From the IMG/VR virus record IMGVR_UViG_3300014158_000352, positions 1 to 44,044 of that record: a stretch of 44,044 nt of DNA; one strand, given 5' to 3'. The stretch is from a virus (taxonomy: Duplodnaviria; Caudoviricetes). The notes under the pieces were generated by a model. That model worked only from the letters and a program-made list of their open reading frames with translations, searched no databases and was not told where the DNA came from. Of this stretch, positions 25,444-34,544 are shown one piece after another (positions within the stretch are counted from its first letter, which is position 1; each line of letters starts with the position of its first letter). The position numbers were made by a program, and so were the translations under genes.

Positions 25444-26693
25444 CGATGACCGGAGCACAGGCGGTGGCGCCTCCTGCGAGCGAGGTCGCGCCTCAAGCGA
25501 TCGACACGGTCGACGCCAATCTCATGCCGTTGGCCCAGAAGATCGCGCAAGGGATCGCGTCGGGCGTGGTCGCGCAGCCCGACGACCCATCAGGTTGGCA
25601 GAGTCTGGTCAACCAGTTTCAGACTGGTGGTCCAATCCCCGGCACCGAGCCGGTCACGCCGGCGGCGAACACGGTGAACCTCGAGGCCACAACACAGCCC
25701 GACTCAGTCCCTGGGGCCGTGACGGGGACGCTGGCGTCGTTCCTGTCGGCGATTCGTGAGCACGAGTCCGGTGGCGACTACACAGCCGCGAACGCGGGAG
25801 GCGGGGCGTCAGGGGCCTACCAGTTCATCCAATCGACCTGGGACAACGAGGCCGCGGCAGCCGGCTACGGCCAGTACGTCGGGCGCCCGGCCGCCGACGC
25901 TCCACCGTCGGTGCAAGACGCCGTGGCGGCGCACATGGCCACCTCCTACTACAACCAGTTCGGCGGCAACTGGGCCGACGTTGCTGAGGCGTGGTACATG
26001 CCCGCCTACGCGGGCAACCCAGCCGATCAGAACACCGTGCCCGATCCCCAGGCTGGCAACACTCAGACCGTGGCTCAGTACGCGCAAGCGATCACCTCGG
26101 CCATGGGCGCGAGCAGTGCGCCGTCGAGCTCGACGGTGGCTAACAGCGGCGGGGCGATCGGATCCCAGGCGGCGGTGTCGTTCGCCCAGTCCCAACTCGG
26201 CGTCCCCTACCAGTGGGGCGGCGAGACAACGGGCAAGGACTTCGACTGCTCGGGGCTCGTGCAAGCGGCCTACGCGGCGGCGGGCGTCTCGCTTCCCCGC
26301 ACGGCCCAAGCGCAATACGACGCCACTCAGAAGCTCGGCTCAAGCGCCCAGCTCCAGCCCGGCGACCTGGTCTTTTTCGGCACCAGCACCAAGGACATCA
26401 CTCACGTGGGGATTTATGTCGGTGGGAACCAGATGATCGACGCACCCCAAACCGGCGAGAACGTCCGAACCGAGAGTTACCAGTGGGCCGACTTCGTGGG
26501 GGCGACCCGGCCCAGCGACCCGACGGGCCTTTCGGTGGCTCAGGACGCTGCCGCCACACCGAGCACCACGCCAGCGGCCACCCCCAGCACGGCGCCTGCC
26601 ATGTCTCTCGGTGCCTACTACACGGCCCTGGACCAGGTGGTCTCCGCTCTCGCTCAGAACGGGGCTCAGATCGTGGGGGGTGGACGGCCGTGA
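25440..26693 (+). CDS. Virion peptidoglycan hydrolase: lysozyme-like transglycosylase plus NlpC/P60 peptidase
   Basis: IREHESGGDY..ASGAYQFIQSTW; QLGVPYQWGG..FDCSGLV..PGDLVFF..HVGIY. Confidence 0.92.
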   Translation: MTMTGAQAVAPPASEVAPQAIDTVDANLMPLAQKIAQGIASGVVAQPDDPSGWQSLVNQFQTGGPIPGTEPVTPAANTVNLEATTQPDSVPGAVTGTLASFLSAIREHESGGDYTAANAGGGASGAYQFIQSTWDNEAAAAGYGQYVGRPAADAPPSVQDAVAAHMATSYYNQFGGNWADVAEAWYMPAYAGNPADQNTVPDPQAGNTQTVAQYAQAITSAMGASSAPSSSTVANSGGAIGSQAAVSFAQSQLGVPYQWGGETTGKDFDCSGLVQAAYAAAGVSLPRTAQAQYDATQKLGSSAQLQPGDLVFFGTSTKDITHVGIYVGGNQMIDAPQTGENVRTESYQWADFVGATRPSDPTGLSVAQDAAATPSTTPAATPSTAPAMSLGAYYTALDQVVSALAQNGAQIVGGGRP

Positions 26694-27703
26694 GCGGCAC
26701 CATGTCATCGACGGGCGACCCGATTGTCGCTACCGGGACCGGCTTCACCGACAACGCCAGTTCGGCCCCCCCGACCGATGCTTCGGCCATCGCGACGGCG
26801 ATGCAGGTATGGGACTCGAACCCAGCCCTTCAGCAATACGTGGCTCAGAACTACGGCTACGACGCATGGATGCTCGCCAATCCCGAGCTGGCCCCGATCC
26901 TCATCGCCACCGCCTACTGGGGCTGGGATCAGGCGCACGTCGACGGAGCTCTCTCGACGACGACCTGGTGGGCCCAGAACGGCCAAGCAGCGCGGTCATG
27001 GCAGGAGCTCACGCAAACGGACCCGGCCACGGCCCAGCAGCAGGTCTCCCAGATGTCGAACACGATCCTGGCCGAGGCCAACTCGCTCGGAGTCCAGCTC
27101 AGCAATCCGGCGATCACCAACCTGGCCACGTTGGCGTCGGAATTCAACTGGGATTCCGACACAATTCATCAGATGGTGGCGCAGCAGTACGCGAGCACGG
27201 CTCCCGGACAGGGGCAAGGTACGGCCACCGGAGGTACGGCCGCCCAGTTTGGTGATCAAGCGCAGCAGCTCATCCAGCAGTACATGGTCCCGGTCTCTCA
27301 GGGCACGCTTGCGACTTGGACCAACAACGCCGTGCTCGGGACGGCGGACATCTCGGGCTTCGAGGACTATCTGCGCAACGCCGCGACGGCGATGTACCCG
27401 TGGATGAAAACGGCCCTGGCCCAAGGCATGACGCCTCAATCGTGGTTCTCGCCGTACACGAGCCAGGCCGAGTCGATTTTGGGGATCTCGAGCGATCAGG
27501 TCAACTGGACCGACCCGAAGTGGCTCAACGCGCTCACGGCGTCTCAGCCCGACGGCACGACGGCGCCGGTCAACCTGACCCAGTTCGCCAACACGCTGCG
27601 CTCCGACCCGACGTTCGGTTACCAGTACACGGCCGATGCCAAGCAGCAGGCGTACACCATGGCCCAAACGATCACTGACGCCTTCGGAAAGACGGCCCAA
27701 TGA
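26690..27703 (+). CDS. Probable internal virion protein
   Basis: GTGA coupling; Q/T/A/W-rich 337-aa ORF. Confidence 0.7.
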   Translation: MSGTMSSTGDPIVATGTGFTDNASSAPPTDASAIATAMQVWDSNPALQQYVAQNYGYDAWMLANPELAPILIATAYWGWDQAHVDGALSTTTWWAQNGQAARSWQELTQTDPATAQQQVSQMSNTILAEANSLGVQLSNPAITNLATLASEFNWDSDTIHQMVAQQYASTAPGQGQGTATGGTAAQFGDQAQQLIQQYMVPVSQGTLATWTNNAVLGTADISGFEDYLRNAATAMYPWMKTALAQGMTPQSWFSPYTSQAESILGISSDQVNWTDPKWLNALTASQPDGTTAPVNLTQFANTLRSDPTFGYQYTADAKQQAYTMAQTITDAFGKTAQ

Positions 27704-28569
27704 CCAGCACACTCGCAACCGGAGACAGCTCGGGCGGCGCGGCCTCGGCGATGGCCATCGTCAACCAGGTGCTCACGCAGTACGGGCTCCAGTCGCTCAC
27801 GACCTGGGCGTGGAACGAGATCACCCAAGGTGCCTCGAGCGACCAGGTGACGATGGACATGTACCAGACGCCCCAGTTCCAGGACCGTTTCCCTGGAATC
27901 GCGGCACGCCAGGCCGCGGGGCTGCCGGCGATCAGCCCGGCCAGCTACGTGAGCTACGAGGATTCGCTGGCCCAGATGGAGAACCAGTACGGGCTCCCCC
28001 AGGGAATGCTCACTAACCCCGCCACGGTGTCGGCTTTCATCGGCCAGGACGTCTCGACCGCCGAAGTGCAGCAGCGCGTCGAGAACGGCTACCAGGCGGT
28101 GGCCTATTCACCGCCGGAGGTGCGTCAAGCGTTCACGCAGTACTTCGGGCCCAGCGGCGATGGGGCCCTGGCCGCTTACTTCCTGGATCCGAAGGCCGCG
28201 CTCCCCCTGCTCACCCAGCAGGCCACGGCCGCCCAGATGGGAGGCACCGCAGCGATCGGCGGCGTCCAGATGACCGAGCAGGACGCCATGGAGCTCGCCG
28301 GCCTCGGTCAGACCGAAAGCTCGATCGGCTCTGGGATCGCCAATCTCGAGCAGCACGCCCCCCTGTACGAGGCATCCGTGACCGAGCAGCCCGGGAGCCT
28401 CGAAGAGGGCACCCAGGGCGTCGAGAGCCAGTTCGGGCTTTCCCAGCAGGCCACCCAGCAGGTCATCCAGCGCCAGGAGCAACGAGAAGCCGCCTTTGCC
28501 GGGCCCACCCAGCCGGCCGAGATCACCTCCACCGGCGCCGGTGGCGTTGGCGCTGCGAAGCCGATCTAA
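27700..28569 (+). CDS. Probable internal virion protein
   Basis: ATGA coupling; FQDRFPG..ISPASYVSYE..VSTAEVQQRV..LAAYFLDP. Confidence 0.7.
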   Translation: MTSTLATGDSSGGAASAMAIVNQVLTQYGLQSLTTWAWNEITQGASSDQVTMDMYQTPQFQDRFPGIAARQAAGLPAISPASYVSYEDSLAQMENQYGLPQGMLTNPATVSAFIGQDVSTAEVQQRVENGYQAVAYSPPEVRQAFTQYFGPSGDGALAAYFLDPKAALPLLTQQATAAQMGGTAAIGGVQMTEQDAMELAGLGQTESSIGSGIANLEQHAPLYEASVTEQPGSLEEGTQGVESQFGLSQQATQQVIQRQEQREAAFAGPTQPAEITSTGAGGVGAAKPI

Positions 28570-28591
28570 ACACAACTGAAAGGATCGTCAC

Positions 28592-28828
28592 ATGGCTGAA
28601 ATCATCTTGGGGTCGAATGTCCGAGCTGCCCAGAGCGACCCGAGTGGGCCTCCTGGGCGCACCCGTGGTGGGGTGCCGGGCGACCAGGCCCGGGAGGGCC
28701 GGGCGGCCGCCGACAAGACCGCCGGGAACATGACCGCGCTGCCGCCGTACCTCCAGAACCCGACCGCCGATCCGCTCCAGGACGCGTTCGGCGAGGGCAA
28801 CTTCGGCGATGTTGGGCCTTCCACCTGA
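28592..28828 (+). CDS. Hypothetical protein
   Basis: GAAAGGA SD, 78 aa. Confidence 0.65.
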   Translation: MAEIILGSNVRAAQSDPSGPPGRTRGGVPGDQAREGRAAADKTAGNMTALPPYLQNPTADPLQDAFGEGNFGDVGPST

Positions 28829-28873
28829 GCGAAATGCTTGACAGAGGTCCGAGACTCTGTTTCGGTCCTCAAT

Positions 28874-28947
28874 AGCGCAGTGGAGCAGTCCAGTAGCTCG
28901 CCGGGCTCATAACCCGGAGGTCGCCGGAGCAAAGCCGGCCTGCGCCA
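28874..28947 (+). tRNA. tRNA-Met(CAT), initiator-like, with non-canonical D and T loops
   Basis: Acceptor AGCGCAG/CTGCGCC+A; D stem GAGC/GCTC; anticodon arm CCGGG-CTCATAA-CCCGG; T stem GCCGG/CCGGC with loop AGCAAAG; no encoded CCA. Confidence 0.8.
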
Positions 28948-29127
28948 CGAGCACCGCGTAATGCGGTCCGGGGTGAGCTGGATCACCGGCCCCCGGCCTC
29001 CGATCGGGGCGCGACCGATCGAGTTGGGCAGCGCAGAGCCCCTCGCTGGGGAGCGCGCGGGCTTTCCTTTCCATTCCCCCCTCCGTACATGTCCTCCGCA
29101 TGTGCGCGTTTGGCAAGGAGAGATCAG

Positions 29128-29655
29128 ATGGCAGAGATCGAGGACACCCAGGGAACTGGCGAAGAGGGCGGCGGCGACGCCAATCTCAAGCAGCTCCGGG
29201 CGAAGGCGAAGGTGGCGGACGAGGCAACGGCGGCGCTGGCAGCACTACAGCGAGAGAACGCCATCCTCAAGTCCGGGATCGACGTCGACTCCCCGATGGG
29301 CAAGTACTTCACCGAGACCTACCAAGGCGAACCCGGCGACGTGGACGCGATGGTGGCCAAGGCGAAGGAGTTGGGCATCCCGCTGAAAGGCGAGACCCCC
29401 GCACCGCCCGTTGCACCCGTGACCCCGCCCGAGGCCCCTGAGCCCACCGGAACCGAGGAACGCCAAGCTCTTGCGAGCGGCGCACCCGCGGACACCGGCG
29501 AGAACGCCGACCCTCGCAAAGAGGGCAAAGACCGCTTCGACGAGGCGATGTCAAAGGGAGCGACCTGGGAAGAGGCAGCCGGCCAGATGGTGAACCACCT
29601 GGCCAATGCCGCCGAACGGGGCGATCCGAGGGTTCTGGCCAACGTCCAGAGATGA
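29128..29655 (+). CDS. Capsid scaffolding protein
   Basis: AAGGAG SD; acidic N-terminus, NLKQLRAKAK coiled coil; lies upstream of the capsid gene. Confidence 0.72.
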   Translation: MAEIEDTQGTGEEGGGDANLKQLRAKAKVADEATAALAALQRENAILKSGIDVDSPMGKYFTETYQGEPGDVDAMVAKAKELGIPLKGETPAPPVAPVTPPEAPEPTGTEERQALASGAPADTGENADPRKEGKDRFDEAMSKGATWEEAAGQMVNHLANAAERGDPRVLANVQR

Positions 29656-29942
29656 TCCGCACGCATGACGGCTCGCACGGGCCCGACTGTTTCGGCTGCA
29701 AGGTGCAGTCGATCAGTTTTGATCCCTATGCGATGCCTTCACGGCTGAACAAGAAGATCCCACCTCGGACGCCGAACCCAGCCTGGGAACGGGGTATCCC
29801 GACCGACAGTCGGGGCATGCCTTTCCTGCGCAAGGACGGCACGCCAATGGGCGTCAAGGAGTACTCGGAAAACCGCCATCAGATCGAGCAACACCGCAGG
29901 GCGCTGCATAACTCGACCGATTCGCTGACACCGAGGAGCTGA
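29652..29942 (+). CDS. Conserved phage hypothetical protein (H..H..CFGCK motif)
   Basis: ATGA coupling; THDGSHGPDCFGCKVQSI. Confidence 0.7.
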   Translation: MIRTHDGSHGPDCFGCKVQSISFDPYAMPSRLNKKIPPRTPNPAWERGIPTDSRGMPFLRKDGTPMGVKEYSENRHQIEQHRRALHNSTDSLTPRS

Positions 29943-29947
29943 ACGAA

Positions 29948-31075
29948 ATGGCCACCGGCACAATCACCACCTACGGCCTCACCACTGGGGTCAAGCTCGA
30001 CGTCGAAGACATGATCTGGACGATCACGCCGTTCGACGTGCCGCTGCTTGGCACCCAGGGATCAGACGGCCGTACCGCCATCTCCCAGACCACCGTTTTC
30101 GAGAAGAAGATCGAGTGGCTGGACGAGGTGTTGCTGATCCCGAACTCGACCCTGGGTGCGACCGTGGCCACCACGGACACGTACATCACGGTCGCCTCGG
30201 GGACCCAGCTCAACTTCCAAACCGGCGACGTGCTCCGCGTGGGCACGGGAGCCGCAGCGGAGGGCATGCTGGTCACCGGGTACGGGACCACGGCGAACAC
30301 GCTGACCGTCACGAGGCAGTACAACTTCGGGACCGAGGCGCAGTTCCTGGCAGGGACCTCGGTGCTCGGGACCGGCCAGGCGAACGCCGAAGGTGCCGAC
30401 GCCGGCACGGCGCGGGCAGTCGATCGTGTCGACAGGTATAACCTGACCCAGATCTTCGGGCCGGTGCCTGTGCAGGTGTCCGGGACCGAGAACGCGGTCC
30501 AGAAGTACGGGCTGACCGGGACCGAGTTCGACCACCAGGTGGCGAACCGGATCAAGGAGACCTTCGTCTCCCTCGAGCAGGCCCTACTCTACGGGATGCT
30601 GTACGACGACGGTGCCGCGAAGCGGACCATGGGTGGGTTCGTGAACTACATCACGACCAACGTCGACAGCACGTCGACCACCCTGACCGACACCACGTTG
30701 CTCGGCAACCTGCGCAACACCTTCAACGCCGGTGGGACGCCTGACCGCATCCTGCTCGGTGCCAAGCAGAAGCAGAACGTGTCGGGGATCAACAACTCGA
30801 ACATCCGCTACGCCCAGGACACGAACACCCGTGGCCAGGTCGTGGACTACTACGACGACGACTTCGGTCGCCAGCTCGTGGTCCTCGACCGTTGGGCGCA
30901 GAACAGCGACGCGTTCATCTTCTCCCGGGATCAGGCGACCGTGGCCACGCTGCGGCCTCTGACCTTCGAGATGCTGGCCAAGACGGGCGACTCGGCCAAG
31001 GGCCAGGTCGTTGGCGAGAAGTCGCTGTACTTCCGCCGGCAAGCCTGGGCCAGCTGGATGCAGGCCCTGGTCTAA
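29948..31075 (+). CDS. Major capsid protein (SU10/DUF5309-like)
   Basis: GAGGAG SD; DVEDMIWTITPFDVPLL, KIEWLDEVL, RYNLTQIF..VQVSGT, LEQALLYG, RTMGG, LAKTGDSAKGQVVGE. Confidence 0.88.
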   Translation: MATGTITTYGLTTGVKLDVEDMIWTITPFDVPLLGTQGSDGRTAISQTTVFEKKIEWLDEVLLIPNSTLGATVATTDTYITVASGTQLNFQTGDVLRVGTGAAAEGMLVTGYGTTANTLTVTRQYNFGTEAQFLAGTSVLGTGQANAEGADAGTARAVDRVDRYNLTQIFGPVPVQVSGTENAVQKYGLTGTEFDHQVANRIKETFVSLEQALLYGMLYDDGAAKRTMGGFVNYITTNVDSTSTTLTDTTLLGNLRNTFNAGGTPDRILLGAKQKQNVSGINNSNIRYAQDTNTRGQVVDYYDDDFGRQLVVLDRWAQNSDAFIFSRDQATVATLRPLTFEMLAKTGDSAKGQVVGEKSLYFRRQAWASWMQALV

Positions 31076-31090
31076 GCCGACCAGACACAA

Positions 31091-31140
31091 GCTGGGGACC
31101 GGGCCCGTCGCTGGGGGTTGCCCGGGCCCGGTCCGCCAGC
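31091..31140 (+). terminator. Strong GC hairpin after the capsid gene
   Basis: GCTGG-GGACCGGGCCCG...CGGGCCCGGTCC-G-CCAGC; no U tract. Confidence 0.65.
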
Positions 31141-31168
31141 ACGATCCCACTAATGGATGGAGGTGGCT

Positions 31169-31471
31169 GTGGGACACGGAGGGACGAGGGCAATCCCGAT
31201 CCCGACCAGCTCGGGCATCGTTGGGCCCGGCGCGGTGGGCGATTACTCCCACCTGCTCGGTTACGCCGGCGAAGAGAGCGGCGGGTCGAGCTCGGTCAAG
31301 GTGGTGCTCCGCGAAGGAAGCTCTACCGGCAACGTCATCGGAGTTCTCAGCTTGGCCGCTGGGGCTGCGGACGCCAAGTGGTACGGGCCTCAAGGGGTCC
31401 GTGCCATCGGCGAGATCTACGCGGTGGTGAGCGGGTCGGGCACGATCGCCGGAAGCATCTTTCTCGGATGA
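31169..31471 (+). CDS. Small beta-rich virion protein (possible capsid decoration)
   Basis: GGAGG SD before GTG 31169; Gly/Ser/Val-rich. Confidence 0.65.
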   Translation: MGHGGTRAIPIPTSSGIVGPGAVGDYSHLLGYAGEESGGSSSVKVVLREGSSTGNVIGVLSLAAGAADAKWYGPQGVRAIGEIYAVVSGSGTIAGSIFLG

Positions 31472-32235
31472 CCGAGTCGCTCGTCATCGGCTACGTCCAT
31501 CCGGCCGAGGTCTCTGCGCTGTTCTGCGAGAGCCTGACCGGGACCCTGCTTGAGGACGCGCTGCGCCACGAGGGCAGTCGGATCATCGAGCGCGGGGCGG
31601 TGTGCTCGGTGGCTTCGGGGCCTCGGATCGCCAGCGCCCGCAACGACGTGGTGCGAGCCTTCTTGAAGACCCGGGCCGAGTGGTTGCTGATGGTCGACGC
31701 CGACATGGTGTTCACGCTCGCTCAGATCGACGGGCTGTTCGAGGTGGCGCACCCGAGTAGGGCCCCCGTCGTCGGTGGCCTCTGCTTCGGCGGCGGACGG
31801 TCAGGGCTGGTCTACCCGACCCTCTATCGGCTGGTGAAGGGCGACGACCCGGTCCAGATCATCGAGGACTACCCCGAGGGCTTGTGCGAGGTCGATGCCA
31901 CTGGGGCCGCGTTCTTACTCATGCACCGCACGGTGTTGAAGAACATGGGCGAGAAGTACGGCGAGCCCGCACCCTGGTTCGTCGAAGGTTCGGTCTACAA
32001 GGGATTTTCCTTCGGTGAGGACTGGGCTTTCTGCATGCGCTTGAAGGACATGGGCGTCCCGCTCTACGTGCGCACCGATACCAAGATCGGCCACGTCAAG
32101 CCCCAGGTGCTCAACGAGGACGCCTACGCGCTCTACCGAGCCAAGCGGGAACTCGTGGGTGACGAGGGGATCGTCGCCGAGTTCACCGAACAGTTCCACG
32201 CACCGACAACCCGACGTCTGGAGGTGGTCCGGTAA
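31468..32235 (+). CDS. GT2/GT-A-like glycosyltransferase
   Basis: IASARNDVVRAFL..WLLMVDADM (DxD)..VDATGAAFLLMHR..GEDWAFC..IGHVK. Confidence 0.85.
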   Translation: MTESLVIGYVHPAEVSALFCESLTGTLLEDALRHEGSRIIERGAVCSVASGPRIASARNDVVRAFLKTRAEWLLMVDADMVFTLAQIDGLFEVAHPSRAPVVGGLCFGGGRSGLVYPTLYRLVKGDDPVQIIEDYPEGLCEVDATGAAFLLMHRTVLKNMGEKYGEPAPWFVEGSVYKGFSFGEDWAFCMRLKDMGVPLYVRTDTKIGHVKPQVLNEDAYALYRAKRELVGDEGIVAEFTEQFHAPTTRRLEVVR

Positions 32236-32438
32236 TGGCAACGAAGAAGAGCGGGATCAAGATCAAGCCGTCCCACGAGGGCCTGTTCACCGCCAAGGCC
32301 AAAGCTGCGGGGATGAGCGTGCAGGCATACGCGAGCAAGGTGCTGGCGCCCGGATCCCACGCATCGGCGGCGACCAAGAAACAAGCGAATTTCGCGAAAA
32401 ATGCCAAGGGCTGGTCCCACAGCCCCAAGAAGAAGTAG
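32235..32438 (+). CDS. Small Lys-rich protein
   Basis: GGAGG SD, TAATG coupling; IKIKPSHEGLFTAKAK..SVQAYASKVL..KKQANFAKNAKGW. Confidence 0.85.
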   Translation: MATKKSGIKIKPSHEGLFTAKAKAAGMSVQAYASKVLAPGSHASAATKKQANFAKNAKGWSHSPKKK

Positions 32439-32441
32439 CCC

Positions 32442-34544
32442 GTGACGCAGTTCCTGTACGCCGGCTGCTACGGGCCCGAGCAGGTCATCGACTTGACCGG
32501 GGCGCCGATCGTCAACACCGAGGTCATCGTCTACGCCCACGGCACTACCACGCCGGCCTCGCTGTACAGCGACCGCACCATGGACGCCACCGTGGTCAAC
32601 CCGACCTCGACGGATGGCGATGGCAACCTGACCTTCTTCACAGCGCCGGGCCAGTACGACATCGTGTGCAACGGGGCGACGGTCACGGTCAACGTGATTC
32701 CCGATCCGCTCGACCTGCCCAATACCCATGCCTCGACCCACGCGGCCGGTGGCACGGATCCGCTCAGCACCCAGTTCGAGCCCATCTCGGCCGTCCGGGC
32801 GATCACCGGGGCGACGGTCACCGCGAACCCCTACGACGTGCTCGAGTGCAACGCCACGGCACAGGCGATCACTGTCACCCTTCCCACCAACGCCGCTGGC
32901 GTCCGGGTCACGGTCAAGAAAACCGACTCGAGTTCCAACGCGGTGACGATCACCGGGACGATCGACGGCGTCACCAACCCGGCACTCACCCACCAGTACT
33001 CCACCTATGAGCTCGTGGCTGACGGGACCAACTGGTTCCGCATCAGCCGGGTTGGAGCAGGCAGCCTGGTCGACCTCTCCGTCGCCTCAAACGCCCTCGT
33101 GTTCCCGAGTGGGACCTTCTCGGCCGGGATCACGGCCCAGCGGCTCACCGCCCAGACGCTCACCGCCTCGGGGTTTCTCGGCCGGCACGACAGCGGACAC
33201 CCGCCGAACGGGACCTACCAGGCCTACGACTGGTCACTCGACGTGGCCACGCCGGGCATCTGGGTCACTCCGGGTGGTGGCACGAACCCGACCGACTGGG
33301 TGAACCTGGTCGCGGCGGCAGTCGCCGGCGTGAGCACGTTCAACACGCGCAGCGGCTCGGTGGTTTTGCTTCTTGCTGACCTCGAGGGCCTGTTCACCGC
33401 AGCAAATCAGCTCCCGGTCGGGACCGGAAGTGGCACCGGCGAGCTCCTCACGGGGCCGGCCTCCGACGGTCTCTATCTCGGTCGCTCAAGCGGGGTGCTG
33501 GCGTGGCTCACGCCGCCGTACCGGACCCTCTTCAACCCGACCGCCAAGACGACCACTTACACCGCCGCGGCATGGGACTGCATCGAGGCGACGGGCACGT
33601 TTACTGTCACGCTCCCGGCATCGCCTTCGGCCGGCCAAGAAGTGGCCATCGAGAACCGGGGCAGCGGCCCGATCACCATCGCCTACAACAGCGGCCAATC
33701 CATCAACGGGGTGGCAGCGAACCTGACCCTCCCGGCGGCTCTAGCTGGCTACACCGCGGTGGTGCTCCGGGCGGATTCGTCGACTGCCTGGGTGGTCTCG
33801 GATGCCTATGGGACCGACCTCGGCCAGGGGTTCCAAGTGGCCGGAACGCTGGACATTGTCGGCACATTGCTCATGACGGTCTCGGCGAAGACCACCACCT
33901 ACACGGTGCTCGGCACCGACTCGGTGCTGACCGTCGCGGCGGGGACATACAACGTCACCTTCGGCACGGCATTGAAGGTGGGGCAAATCGTCGAGATTGT
34001 GAACGTCGGCGCGTCGGGGACGGTGACCCTCCTGGCCGCCGGCTCCGGGACGATCGACGGCGCCGCGTCGTTTGTTTTGGTGTCTGGCGCGGCGGTGCGG
34101 TGCGTGGTCACTACGGCCGGAGCGAACCCGGTCATCATCGTGGTGGCGCAGTACAACCCTCCAGCGGGCGGACAGGGGATCGCTGCGTCGGGATCCCCGG
34201 GATCGCCGACCATCGGGCTGAACGGCACCGAATCGGTCAACGTCGTATCGACGGGCGGATCTGCTCAGACCTTGGCTGCGGTGGCCACCGACATCGGCAA
34301 CGACATAACGCTGTCGGCGAACCTCACCGTGACGATGCCCACGCCTGCCCGAGGTGCGTTCTGCTACGCCATCGTGCGCCAGGCGGCATCGGGCGGCCCG
34401 TACACGATCACGTTCTCCGGGGTGAAATGGCCCGGGGGGACTGCCCCCACCATGTCAACCAGCGCCTCCGCGTTCGACCGTTACGACTTCGTTTCTGATG
34501 GCACTTACTGGTACGGGATCATCACCGGGCAGGCCTTCCACTAG
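32442..34544 (+). CDS. Tail fibre / receptor-binding protein
   Basis: T/G/A/S-rich; HASTHAAGGTDP; repeated (AKTTTYT)..TVTLP modules; C-terminal VKWPGGTAPTMST..SDGTYWYG. Confidence 0.8.
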   Translation: MTQFLYAGCYGPEQVIDLTGAPIVNTEVIVYAHGTTTPASLYSDRTMDATVVNPTSTDGDGNLTFFTAPGQYDIVCNGATVTVNVIPDPLDLPNTHASTHAAGGTDPLSTQFEPISAVRAITGATVTANPYDVLECNATAQAITVTLPTNAAGVRVTVKKTDSSSNAVTITGTIDGVTNPALTHQYSTYELVADGTNWFRISRVGAGSLVDLSVASNALVFPSGTFSAGITAQRLTAQTLTASGFLGRHDSGHPPNGTYQAYDWSLDVATPGIWVTPGGGTNPTDWVNLVAAAVAGVSTFNTRSGSVVLLLADLEGLFTAANQLPVGTGSGTGELLTGPASDGLYLGRSSGVLAWLTPPYRTLFNPTAKTTTYTAAAWDCIEATGTFTVTLPASPSAGQEVAIENRGSGPITIAYNSGQSINGVAANLTLPAALAGYTAVVLRADSSTAWVVSDAYGTDLGQGFQVAGTLDIVGTLLMTVSAKTTTYTVLGTDSVLTVAAGTYNVTFGTALKVGQIVEIVNVGASGTVTLLAAGSGTIDGAASFVLVSGAAVRCVVTTAGANPVIIVVAQYNPPAGGQGIAASGSPGSPTIGLNGTESVNVVSTGGSAQTLAAVATDIGNDITLSANLTVTMPTPARGAFCYAIVRQAASGGPYTITFSGVKWPGGTAPTMSTSASAFDRYDFVSDGTYWYGIITGQAFH

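Noticed and set aside
28874-28947. tRNA as an integration (att) remnant or amber suppressor
   Set aside because: It is full length, far from the integrase, has no duplicated 3' end in the window, and its anticodon is CAT
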